DNA from: the human T2T-CHM13v2.0 reference genome, Homo sapiens
Direction: 5' to 3' (one strand)
Length of the DNA: 64,000 nucleotides
Assembly (NCBI RefSeq): GCF_009914755.1
Contig: NC_060927.1
This document shows positions 1-12,215 of this stretch, in pieces; within the stretch, counting starts at the first letter, position 1, and each line of letters begins with the position of its first letter. Both the position numbers and the translations under genes were made by a program. Under the pieces are notes generated by a model that was not told the origin of the DNA, did not search any database, and worked only from the letters and a program-made list of their open reading frames with translations.

Positions 1-219
1 CAATTGGTGAACAGTGAATACTCAATAAATATTTCTCATGATTTAATCATTAATTTCTTACACTGACTATGTCCTCTTCATCCGATGCCCATGCCTGTCT
101 CTGTTAACAGCTCCCTGCCAGACTAATGAGCCCCTCCCCATTCCTCATCCTTCACACACCTTTTGAGACACTCCCTTCTTTCCCCTTTACAGTGTAGTAA
201 CTTGATTAGGCTTATTTTC

Positions 220-360
220 CTACCCAACTGCAAAGTTCTTGAAGGCAGGGAGGAGCCTGTCTCCCACAGGTCTCTATATCTTTCTCAGGATCTAGAACAG
301 CACCCAGCACCTAGAAGGTCTCAGTAAGGATGTGTTCGGTGAAAGAATAAAGGAAAGAAA
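220..360 (+). mobile_element. L2 LINE 3' end remnant
   Basis: Degenerate L2 terminus: ...tgaaggcaggga...agaacagcacccagcacctagaaggtctcagtaaggatgtgttcggtgaaagaataaa. Confidence 0.6.
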
Positions 361-721
361 TCACAGAAGGCTCAATAAGGAATGAAAGCATGGATAAGTC
401 AAGTTTGAGGGGCATCCTGAAAACCTGGGGGTAGGGTGCCACTTCCCAAAATGGGGGACACGGCTGGGCTGAGCGAGGGCTCTGCTTTAGGGTGCCCCTT
501 TCCTCATGGGACAAAGCCCAGCTTGGAGCAGTTTTCTCTATCCAGGGCCCTGCTGTGCTGGAGCAGGTGTGATAGAAAAGCCCTGGATGAAGTGGGGGTG
601 GGATAGAAAATAGGGGGAGGGGCTGTCAGCGAGTGGGCTCTATTCCAGTTTGCCTCTAAGTTGCTGAGGCACCTTGGAAGAGTCACCTGTCCTGGCATCT
701 AAAAGGGAAGCTGGGCCAGAG

Positions 722-1199
722 TAGTGGTTCTTAATGTTGGTCCCAAGAAAGCAACATTGTAATCCCATGACAGCCTATTAAAAGTATAGAATATTAGGCT
801 GGGTGTGGTAGCTCATGCTTGTAATCCCAGCACTTTAGGAGGCTGAGGTGGGCTTGAGTTTAGGAGTTAGAGACATAGGCAGCATAGCAAGACCTTGTCT
901 CTACAAAAGAGAGAAAAATTAGCCAGGTGTGGTGGCACATACCTGTAGTCCCAGCCTCTTGGGAGGCTCAGGTGTGAGGATTGCTTGAGCCCAGGAGGTC
1001 AATGCTGCAGTGAGCAGTGATTGGGTCACTATACTCCAGCCTAGGCAACAGAGTGAGAACCTATCTCAAAAAAACAAAAACATAAAAATGAAATATCAGC
1101 AATAATGAATCAGCAAGTCTGGGGAGAGGCGCAGCCATCTGTGTTTTATATCTAGCCCTCCAGAAGATTCTGAGGCACACTCAAGTTCGAGAACCACTG
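722..1199. mobile_element. MER5A-like hAT-Charlie MITE split by an Alu
   Basis: Ends tagtggttcttaa and tcaagttcgagaaccactg; internal gaatcagcaagtctgggga...ccctccagaagattctga. Confidence 0.7.
797..1086 (+). mobile_element. AluJ
   Basis: Dimeric Alu with J-type right arm (gaggattgcttgagcccaggaggtc...gctgcagtgag) and A tail. Confidence 0.9.
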
Positions 1200-2067
1200 G
1201 GCTAGACCCATGGGGGCTTTCCAGGTTGTTTCCATTTTTGTTTGCTCCGATTTTTTCCAGTGAAATCTTAGGAAAGTGCCCAGTATGTAAGGTACATTAA
1301 AGTAGAGTCCCTCTGGTTGAGGGAGGGGCAAGGCCCCCCCCACTCTGACTCTTCCTCGCCATGCACACTCTGCTCAGTAAGAATCCCTGGTTGGAAAGTT
1401 CTCAAGGCGGCCAAAGAGCATAGATTTGTGGGGCTTGTCAAACCTGGCACTGCTGGTGGGATGAGCCTCCGAGAAAGCACCCCTGCATTGGCATCCTGGT
1501 CAGTGCCCCCAGCAGACTCTGCTGTGTATCCAGGGGACCTGGCACTGAAGCCCCAGATAGCCCTGTGTGAAGAAGGTGGCTGGGGCTCCACAGTGCCCTC
1601 CACGTAGGCTTCCTGAAACAGGGCAAGGCAGCCCGCTGAACCACATTTGTGGATGTGAGGGAGGAGCTGCCCTGCGTTTTGGGAGGCAGCAGTCACACTT
1701 CATTTTCACTCTGGCTGCTTTTGGAGACAATATGGCACCACTCAGATTTTTATATCCTCTTTTTCATGAAGCACAGCAGATCGTGTGAAGCAGTCAAGAG
1801 GCCTGCGGAAATATTCATCTGGACCCACAAATTCACTCTCTCAGCCTCTCCCACTCCTGCCTATGTGGACCGATGAGTCACTTGAATTTCTTTTTCATTT
1901 CTCTTTCTGAAGTGAAGATGATGGGGAGGAGAAACCTGAGGGCTGGGGGATGGGATGTTGGGGAAACCCATGGGTAGACAGCTTCATAGAAGAGGCCACA
2001 CTGTTGGAGAAGCAGAGGGAGACTAATTTGAGGTCTGTTGTATACAACAGATGATGGCTATGAGATT

Positions 2068-3272
2068 CTTTTATTATATTATACTTTAAGTTCTGGGATA
2101 CACGTGCAGAATGTGCAGGTTTGTTACATAGGTATGCACATGCCATGGTGGTTTGCTGCACCCATCAAACTTTCATCTACATTAGATCTTTCTCCTAATG
2201 CTATCCCTCCCCACCACTCCCCACCCCTGACAGGCCCCAGTTTGTGATGTTACCCTCCCTGTGTCCATGTGTTCTCATTCTCCTGTGTCCATGTGTCTCT
2301 GTCTCCTTCAGTTCTGCTCTGATCTTAGTCATTTCTTGCCTTCTGCTAGCTTTTGAATTTGTTTGCTCTTGCTTCTCTAGTTCTTTTAATTGTGATATTA
2401 CGGTGTCGATTTTAGATCTTTCCTGCTTTCTCCTGTGGGCATTTGGTGCTATAAATTTCCCTCTAAACACTGCTTTAGCTGTGTCCCAGAGACTCTAGTA
2501 CATTGTGTCTTTGTTCTCATTGGTTTCAAAGAACTTATTTATTTCTTCCTTAATTTTGTTATTTACCCAGTAGTCATTCAGGAGCAGGTTGTCAGTTTCC
2601 ATGTCGTTGTCCGGTTCTGACTGAGTTTCTTAATCCTGAGTTCTAACTTGATTGCACTGTGATCTGAGAGACTGTAATGATTTCCATTCTTTTGCATTTG
2701 CTGAGGAGTGTTTTATTTCCAATTATGTGGTCAATTTTAGAATAAGTGCGATGTGGTGCTGAGAAGAATGTACATTCTATTGATTTGGGGTGGAGAGTTC
2801 CACAGATGTCTATTAGGTCCTCTTGGTCCAGAGCTTAGTTCACATCCTGAATATCCTGGTTAATTTTCTGTCTTGTTGATCTGCCTAATATTGACAGTGA
2901 GGTGTTAAAAGTCTCCCACTATTATTGTGTGGGAGTCTAAGTCTCTTTGTAGGTCTCTAAGAACTTGCTTTATGAATGTGGGTGCTCCTGTATTGGGTGC
3001 ATATATATTTAGGAGAGTTAGCTCTTCTTGTTGCATTGATCCCTTTACCAGTATGTAATGCCCTTCTTTGTCTTTTTTGATCTTTGTTGGTTTAAAGTCT
3101 GTTTTATCAGAGGCTAGGATTGCAACCTCTGCTTTTTTTTGTGTGTGTGTGCTTTCCATTTCCTTGGTAAATATTACTCCATCCCTTTATTTTGGGCCCA
3201 TGTGTGTCTTTGCACGTGAGATGGGTCTCCTGAATAAAGCACACCGATGGGTCTTGACTCTTTACCCAATTT
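2068..3272 (-). mobile_element. L1PA7/8-type LINE-1, 5'-truncated, with an internal deletion of about 2.8 kb (ORF2 EN region joined to 3'UTR)
   Basis: Reverse-complement L1 3'UTR at 2070-2280, then ORF2 EN-region translation ([19 protein letters not shown]; [16 protein letters not shown]); degenerate TSD ggctatgagattcttt / ggctgcaagattcttt. Confidence 0.92.
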
Positions 3273-3799
3273 GGCTGCAAGATTCTTTAAGGGCAGAGAA
3301 TTGAGGCCAGGTATTACCTCCCTGATCTGAGGTAGCATTTGGATATGCATTCCTTACCCAAGAGCACATATCATCCCAATAGCAGTGGGTGGGAAGTTGG
3401 GCTGGGTAGGGAGAAGAGAGGTTGGTGCCAGAGTACATAAGTTGATGTGAAAGTGGCCATCTTCCTAATGCCATCCCAGGATATGTGTGCCTCATGCAGC
3501 TGGGCAGAAGGAAATCTCCGTGTTCTGGGGCACCGCCGAAAACCTTTATGTAACAGTATCATTCTCAGAAGGAGAAGAAGTACCATGCTGTGGGAAGGCA
3601 TTGCCATTTTCTCAACATAGAGAGACCTCTTCTCTTGGTCCAGGTACTATGAAACATGACCCACGTATGTTCACATCCCTGTGCCTTGACTTCTGCATCT
3701 GAAAATAGGGAAAAATAATATCAACTCACTTCTTTTGCCTGGGGACACTAAAAAAAGCACGTAAGGCAGAGTTGATCATATTGGCATTTTCCATTTGTC

Positions 3800-3965
3800 T
3801 AATATTACCACTTAAAAGTGCTTCATGTTTGTTATCTCATCTGATCCCCCAATCAACCTGGTCACACACTATTATCCTCGTGAGGAAACTGTGACTCAGA
3901 GAGGTTAAAAGTTCTTCCAAGGGTCACACAGCAAGTCAGTGGTGGCCTGTTTCTTGATTCCCCAT
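3800..3965 (-). mobile_element. MIR
   Basis: MIR core gaggaaactgtgactcagagaggttaa...ccaagggtcacacagcaagtcagtgg. Confidence 0.75.
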
Positions 3966-4050
3966 TCATTACTTTCCCCTAGATTCTGCTAACTTCTCAT
4001 CTGTGAAATGCAGACCATTCAAGAGAAAGATGACTCCCAGTTGTGTCTTT

Positions 4051-4339
<289 letters not shown>

Positions 4340-6499
4340 TGTTGTGTCATTTTTGTTCCCTGTTGCTCTAAACACTTGCAACCTCAATGCATTATACATT
4401 TTCCCCTCTCCTGGAACTCAGCCCTTTCTCTCCGTAAAGACTGGCTCCATGTTTCCTTGGGATAAGCTTGCAGAAGACTTGGCTGTGGCTTTTGCCCTAT
4501 TTATTTCTCGGCTCAGAATTCCTTAGGATTCCACTGGGCTCATTCCATTTATGAGTTCTCAGCAGGAGTCAGTGGGAAACATTGCTTTCCTGTGGATTCC
4601 AGAGAGTTTGACTCCATGACCTCTAAGACTGTTCAAACACTGCGATTGTGTGACTTTATAATCTAGAAAAAAGATTTCTAAGGCATTCCTAGGGGTAGTG
4701 GGCTTCCCAGGGGAATGGGTTCATTTCATATGGCTGGAAGTCACTGAGCTAAGATCCAATTGAGAAGTGTGTGGGCTCAGGCATGAGGCAGCTCTGGAGC
4801 TGGGGGCGTCTTCCCACCAGCTCACGTAATGGAAGGCCCCTCACCTGTCTCTGAATTCCCTTTTCACCACACTTCTGAAATAGGGGTGGAAACAGCTGTC
4901 CATAAAATGCTTTGTGACCAGGCAGCAGGCGTTGTACTGTGGCCAAGTTTTACGGAACAGATGAGCTTTGCTAAACCCATCTCCCTAGGCATTCAAATGT
5001 GGAATATTTGGAGAAATACAAAATGCTATTGCTGGAAGGGGTGTTTTAGCAGTGATGAAGCCAAACCATCTACTCTCTTAATATCTGCCCTATATACTAC
5101 TCTCAAGGAGGGATCGTCCAGATGAAGTGCTTCCAATGACAGCAGGCTCACTATTCCAGAAAGCAGCCCCTTTCTCTGTTGTGTATCTGTCAGGAAGCTC
5201 TGCTCAATAATGAATGGGAAACATATTGCTTTTAGTGTGCACCCTTCTTCTCTAGTTCTGTCCTCTAGGTTCCACTCTCACTTCCACCATTGTTATAGGA
5301 TGGGACTTGAAGGTAGCTTTAATAACCATTCTTTCAAGGGAGTCTATGGTTGTCATCTGGCCAGGTGCAGATGCCACGTCTAGGGAAGGTGAGAAAAGGG
5401 GCAAGGAGGCTTTGGGTTTTGCCTTTCTCTCTTCCAGCTCTAGAGAACTAAGAATAAGACCCTATCTGTATACCCTCACATCCCTGACTCTAGTAGGTAC
5501 CTGCCAGACAGCCTGTTTTACTGTGCAGCTTATCATCAGAGTGCTTTTTATTGTACCTCTGGATAAGAACACAGTCAAATGTTAATAAGAATTTTTTTTT
5601 AAAAAAAAGGAAGGAAGAATTAACTGACCAAGCAGAGGATGGAATGATTTTATGATGGTTTCAGCACTGAGGCGGAAAAGGAGGATGCTTGCTCTGTCGT
5701 GCACACCTGTGGCCCTTGGAAGGAATATTTATCACAGATGGACTGGGCTTCTGTTTAGTCATCTAGGGATTAAATGCCTGCTAGTCCCTCCCCTGCTACG
5801 AAGAATGCTCCAGGCTGCAGATTTATACAGAATGGCATTTCCAAAATACCAAAACGGGGCTATTCACTCTATGCCCATAGTAAAGAGTTTCTAATAGCTC
5901 AAATGTCTGACATTCTAGAACTCATTTTGTGTTTGAGGAGCAGAATGGGGAAATAGCATGGGAATTAAGTCTCAAAGGTTGGGGCTGGGTATGAGCTCTG
6001 TGACTTCCGGATGACATGATTATTGGCCAAATCACTTCACATCTGTAAGTCTCAGTTTCTGAGTCAGTAAAATTAAGGAAGAGAAATTCCTAAACTCTAG
6101 TGCATGTGTTTGTTAATTTCAATATAAAATCAGCTAAAATTTCTTCTGTAAATGACTTTCATTATCACCAACATTAAAATGGCGTATCCAAAAATCCTTC
6201 TCGAGTCATTCAAGGTTTCCAGTGTAAATTCAAAATAGAGAAACAGCTCTTTAATGCACTCAGTGTTTTGTGATGTTAGATTACATAGATACAAGTTTGA
6301 GATTTTATCAACTAGCCATTACATATTAAAGAGTAAGGTAACTCACAAGTGCTCTCATAAGTATTGAGAAATGAAATCTTGTCTCCTATTGAGGTTTGAA
6401 ATCTTTGTAATCTATTGCAGGCGCATACTAGATTGTAGTGTGCTTCTCGGGCCACCAGGAAATTTCAAGTTACATTATACCCAACCTATGACTTTTGTT

Positions 6500-7240
6500 T
6501 TTCCCCATCCATTCATTTATTCTTCCATCTATCCATTAATTAATTCATTCAATGACCATATTTACTTTACTAAGTCTCTGCTATATGCCATGAAGGATCC
6601 AGTGTGGTTTCTCATCTAAAGAGCTCACAGTATAGTTGTAGATATGAGACATGTACACAAATAATAGCAGTATATGGCAGAGTGAAATAAATGCTATATG
6701 ATATTTATCAATAAGCTGATGTGAAAACTTAAAAGGGAAGCAACTAATCCCATCTCCCTAGTAGTAGAAAGAGGGGAAGGGTTTAGTGAAGACTTTATCT
6801 ATTCTGATATTAAAATTAAATTAAAACACACCTACAGTGATACAGTATGAGCATTAGCAGCTCTCATGGGCTTGTTTTCTGGATTTCTCATTTCCCAGCT
6901 GACTGGCTTTGAACTGTTTTCTACTCCTCAGCTTTCTCAGAATAGCACCTACCTTCTAGAATTGTCAACAGTGTCCAGCACGTAGTAAGAAGTCAATAAA
7001 TGTTAGATGGCATTGTTTTTAGTAAAATTTCTAAAGGCAGCAAAGGAAAGCAAGGGTGTTCCAAGCAGAGGGAACAGCCTGAGCCAGGTCTTGTGGTAAG
7101 AAAGTTTCCAGAGAAGATGACTAGCCCTATGTGTTTGTACAGTTGAGTGTGTGGGTCATCACGGAATGGGGCAGGTACGGTGATGATTGGAGGTGTGGCT
7201 AAAGAAGTAGGTCACTGATATTGGAAGCCTAAGAAATCCT
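6500..7240. mobile_element. L2 (minus) remnant interrupted by MIR (plus, about 6850-7010)
   Basis: cattcatttattc...tctgctatatgcca...gagctcacagtatagt; ttccaagcagagggaacagc; MIR end gtccagcacgtagtaagaagtcaataaatgttag. Confidence 0.6.
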
Positions 7241-7253
7241 ATCTCGGTAGATC

Positions 7254-8093
7254 AAAGATTTCCAAAGTGCAGTGTGCGCTCTCAGAAGGGTGTGCAAATC
7301 ATAATGAATTTTCATTCAGGTTTACTTTTATTTTTTAAAAGGGAAAAGTTTAAAAGTACTATTATTTCATATACAGATTGAATATGGGATCCTTGTTAGA
7401 TCCCTGTTCACACAGTTTCTTGCCACATGTCCAACTAAGGCTATTCTGAGGGAGGGGTCGAAATTTTATGCCCTAGAGGGTCTGCAAGGTACCCACAACA
7501 CCATTCTTAATTATCTAGTTTCATGGGTTTATGGATTTTTATACAGATTTAACTGAATAAAAAGTCACATAATAGACCAGTGATTTTTAAAAGATTTCTG
7601 TAAAGAACTTGTGGATTGAGAATAGCACTTATAACGAACACAAGCAAACGACAAGAAAATGGCAGAGCTGACTTTTCTCCTATCCTAGCTTTCCTTTAGC
7701 CACATTTTGGGGAGGATAAAACTAATGATGACCTGATCATATATATCAAACAGTAAACAAAAAAAATTCAAATTTTCAGGAAGAGTGCTTCAAGTATGGA
7801 TTTACATTCACTATTATTAATGGTGAGCCCTGTCTAAGGTGTGGATTATGCCCTGAGACAGTAGAAAAGATAGTAAGATGTCATTAAGAATAGCATGCAT
7901 TTGAAAATAGTCTTCATTTCATGTTCATATCTTCTGTTATACTTCCCAGTTTTAATTTGTTATTATAAAGTGCATAATCTATTGGCATGGCTCTACACAC
8001 AGGCACACACATGTACCATAAATCTATCGAGGTGCACATGCCAGTCTTCTTCAGCACTAGGGTTACATATTTAGAGAAGTTTGAAGATTGCTG
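7254..8093 (+). mobile_element. hAT-Charlie DNA transposon derivative with degenerate BED-finger transposase N-terminus
   Basis: About 7772-7870 translates NFQEECFKYGFTFTIINGEPCLRCGLCPETVE, resembling the Charlie/Buster 'YLKYGF...P.C..C' motif; Charlie-like ends caaagatttccaaagt and aagtttgaagattgctg. Confidence 0.75.
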
Positions 8094-8755
8094 ATTTAGG
8101 TCCTGGGAAACTGTTATTTGGAGGTTCTTGAGCAGTAGGAGACATGATCGAAGCTGTGTTTGAGGGTAATAAATTTCATCACAACTCCCCCCACCCCGCC
8201 CCCAGGGAAAAAAAAAAAAAAGCATTGCACAAAGAATACAGAGAAGTGGAGTCTGGAAGAGAGCTGTTAAACAGCTCGGCTCCTTCTCTTCCAGAAATGT
8301 TGTTTTCTCTTCCTTCCTAAGGACCACTGACCTCCTCCAACGACCAGCAAGAACTAGTGAGATATATTCCACCAGCCAGGCCTTCTGTGGCTGCCTGCAT
8401 AGGAAGAAGACTGCCTAAAAATATTCCTTAACTAATTTCCTCTCCTCTAGGTTTCTTGCTCTATTACAAGCCAAGTCTAAGGATCCTCAGCTTTCACTTG
8501 CTATTTGAGATTATGGGGTTTGTCTTGTGATGCAGACATTCCAAGTTTACCTGTTTACAGAAGGCAGACTTCCAGAGTAGCCGGAGGCATGGGCTCTAGA
8601 GTCAGACAACCTATCTTCAAATTCCAGCTCTATCAGGCACTACTACGCTCACCATGGGCTACTTTCTTTCTGCCACAGGTTCCTCATCTGTAAAGTGGGA
8701 ATAATCATCCTATCTGTGTGGCAGTTGGTAAGAAGTAAATAAGATAATGAGTGTA

Positions 8756-9087
<332 letters not shown>

Positions 9088-9510
9088 TTAATTCCTGGCA
9101 TAGAAAAAATTCCCAAGGAATGTGAATTCATATCATTACAAAGGAATGAACTGAGGCATGGTCTGAAGGGCCTAGGGCAGAAAAAGGGAAGGAGGCTTCC
9201 AGGAATGCAGATCCTTTAATCTCTTTAAAGCAATATCCAAACAGAAGTCTAAGTCTCTATGGACGCTGGCATGCTCAAGGATGCCAGTGAAGGGGGCAGA
9301 GATGGCTGCCTCTGAGTCACCCTCCCTCCTTGACTCATCTGCCACCTCTGTTATCTCTGGCTATTGCCACAGTTTCTCATGAGAAATTATGAAATAAATG
9401 GCCTGCATGGTAATGCCTGGGTGAATAGGTGAACCTCGGGCATGTGGCCAACTCTCCATTCATTTTAAACATCCTTGGGTTTAGTGAACTCTAGATGATT
9501 ACATCTCTTT

Positions 9511-10394
9511 TATCAAAAGACAAAATTACAACAAATTTAGTTTAAAGATCTCAGTTGGCTTCATTTGCAATTCTAGAATCCGGCAACACTCCATTCCGTA
9601 CAATGAAGTAAGTGTCCCAGTGAACGGAGCAGAAGAGGTTTGCTTTATAGACAGAGAAGGGCTGAAGAAAGCAGGAGCAAAGTACAAAGACTATTAGTTC
9701 CTTTTAGACAGAACAGGAGAAAAATAACTGATTAATTAACATGAGGTTACTTCAGGCTGCCTTTTTTTTTAAGGTTGTCTTAAAAATTTTTGTTTATTTA
9801 TATGTGATATTTGTACATATTTATAGGGTACATGTGATGTTTTGTTATGTGCATAGAGTGTGTGATGACCAAGTCAAGGTATTTAAGGGTCTATCATCTT
9901 GAGTATTTACCATTTCTATGTGTTGGGAGAAACATACATGTACCCATCAACGAACCTCCCGTCATCACTCTGCCCCACACTACACATACCCTCGTCCCAG
10001 CCTCTGGCCTCTATTGTTCTACTCTCTGCCTCCAGAGGATCAAAGTTTTCAGTGCACACACATGAGCGAGAACATTTGATATTTATCCTTCTGCACCTGG
10101 TGTGTCTCAATAACATAATGACCTCCTGTTCTATCCATGGTCAGCCTACCTTTTTTGTGTAAGGATTTAAAAAGTGAAACTTCATTATTATGCCAACCGA
10201 AGATGTAAACTGGCCTGTTTGGGAAATTGGCTAATTCTTCTGATTCTCCTCCAGTCAGATAACAACTTAGCTTAGGTTTGGTGACGTGGAATTATATCAA
10301 GGATGACATCATTTTGATTTTTTACTCTGGTCTGTTGGGACCTAGTGCAGGAGTGTAGTCCAAAACAATGGCCTTATATAATTTTTATTTAACA
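9511..10394 (-). mobile_element. ERV1 (MER4-group, MER93-like) solo LTR interrupted by L1MA
   Basis: Reverse strand begins tgttaaataaaaattatataaggccattgttttggact..ctcctgcactagg..caacagaccaga and ends ...aatttgttgtaattttgtcttttgata; flanks tcttt / ccttt. Confidence 0.75.
9762..10140 (-). mobile_element. L1MA 3' end inserted in the LTR
   Basis: ttgtacatatttatagggtacatgtgatgttttg...aagtcaaggtattt is an L1MA 3'UTR; TSD tcaggctgccttttt / tcagcctaccttttt. Confidence 0.85.
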
Positions 10395-10607
10395 CCTTTA
10401 AAAAATGCTAATAATCACTTTCAGGAGGACTTAGAGAAGCAAACCTAACACTCTGAGGCCCCACAGTGTGAGGTTTACCCGAAGATCAAAACTGTGGTGG
10501 GTGTCAGAGTAAACCCTGTCTATGCATGGCCATAGTGTTTTGTGTGCAGGTGTAGGCAGAGCCTGGAGGAGGGCAGCTGATCGTGGCAGCAATCAAGCCA
10601 TCACACC

Positions 10608-10795
10608 AATTTGAGCAAATTTCTCTATTTTCCAGCTGATCTATAGCAGCTGGAAAATAGTTATATAGTTAATTTGGGGATTACTTATACATGAATCTTG
10701 TCTCTGGTAATCATACCAGGTATTTTATTTTCTTCTATTTTATTGGGATATCACTTAAATTGCACATTTGACATTGTACTTTTCTAATTCTGATG
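10608..10795. repeat. Local duplicate of about 190 bp of 13259-13459
   Basis: Direct alignment by eye: about 9 substitutions plus one 12-bp indel. Confidence 0.92.
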
Positions 10796-10828
10796 AATTA
10801 AAAAGCTCTGCTTGTGGATACTGGGCTG

Positions 10829-10861
10829 AAACCGTAACTACTTCTGCACCAACCATAAATA
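10829..10861. mobile_element. Solo Hsmar1/MADE1 terminal inverted repeat
   Basis: aaaccgtaactacttctgcaccaaccataaata compared with MADE1 end aaaccgcaattacttttgcaccaacctaata. Confidence 0.65.
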
Positions 10862-10880
10862 TCCTCTATATTCTTTTCTA

Positions 10881-10882
<2 letters not shown>

Positions 10883-10914
<32 letters not shown>

Positions 10915-11045
10915 GGCTCTCGCTCTGTCACCCAGGCTGGAGTGCAGTGGTATGATCTCAGGTCACTGCAGCCTTTAACTCCTGAGCTCAAGTGATCCCC
11001 CCACCTCAGCCTCCTGAGTAGTTGGGACTTCAGTTGTACGCATGA
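10883..11045 (-). mobile_element. Alu right-arm monomer (FRAM/AluJ)
   Basis: Poly-T followed by a single J-type arm. Confidence 0.85.
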
Positions 11046-11749
11046 CTTGCCTCTCCTATTTCTATCTGTCCTTCTAGTCCTACCTTAGGGCCCATGAGAG
11101 TATCCTTCTCTTCTGAACCTCTATGGAATCATCAACTCTCAACCATATTCTTAGAGCACACATATCTCCTCAGCCTACAGTGTTCTTGAGGGTAAAGATT
11201 GTGCCTGACTGCCCAATGTGTTCCTCATGGGACCTAGGTCAGTTCCAGGAAAAGCGGGCATATGGTAAGTACCAGCACCAGTGCCCACGCTCACATGGTT
11301 GCCTACCTTTTAGCAAGAGCCAGTGGGACAAGTTGGTGGCGGAGCCCAAGATGCCTTGGCACAGACCTAATTGGTAAGAGACAGAAAGAGCTGATGGCCA
11401 GGAGCCCAGCCTCATCTGACCTACCAGTACTCTCCTTTCACAATCACTGACACTGTCCCATCGAGGCTTTTGCAGAGGGGAAATTCCTTGAAGTCAGACA
11501 ATAGATCTGTGAAGTGATCAGGCTTTGGGGCAAAAAGTTATCACTGCAACTTATTTGTGTAAAGATCTGCAAACCAGAGGCTCATTGTCAGGAAGGAGAA
11601 AAGGCAAAGGACCCTGTGAACCAGTTGGATTTGACCAGGAACAAACCAGGAAACTGGAACACTGAGCTAGTTATTTAGTGAATTAGTGAGTTACCAAGTT
11701 AGTTTGTTTAAATGAGGGAGAAAGACTGTGATTAAAAGTAAATTAATTA

Positions 11750-12215
11750 AAGGAGGTAACAGCCAACAATTTCATCAAGTTTTCATCTCTTTTAACTCAA
11801 CAATCCTGCTCTTAGAAAATGATTGAAGACAAAAAAAATGGCAGAAATGTGGCCAAAGAGATATTGATAATAGAAGTAAAAAGTAAATTGGAAACAACTT
11901 AAATGTCCCCCAAAGATTTAATGATTTTTGAATGCTGACATAAATCATAATATATCCACTAAAGTAATATTTTAAAGTCATTCAAATAGGTCATTATAAA
12001 GACCACACTGGAATTACTCATGTGTGATGCTAGGAAGGAGATCAGAATGCAAAATTATATTTGTGCTGCACATCCAACACTGTGAAAAAAAAATATGCTT
12101 TTTTGGAAAAGACAGGAAAGAATGAAAATAGATGATTTGTAAAGATAGTAAGCTTGTGGGTGGCTTTTTATTTCCATAATCATGGTATTATGTTTTTGTA
12201 TAATATAAAACCTTT
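11750..12215 (+). mobile_element. Ancient L1M (L1ME/MC-type) 3' fragment
   Basis: tttaactcaacaatcctgctct...aattggaaacaacttaaatgtcc. Confidence 0.55.

Noticed and set aside
1152-1876. Cluster of overlapping 60-140 aa ORFs in GC-richer sequence
   Set aside because: No recognisable domain or consistent splice structure; expected by chance at this GC content.
7914-8372. 152-aa minus-strand ORF
   Set aside because: Runs across Charlie and L2 remnants and a homopolymer; no protein similarity.
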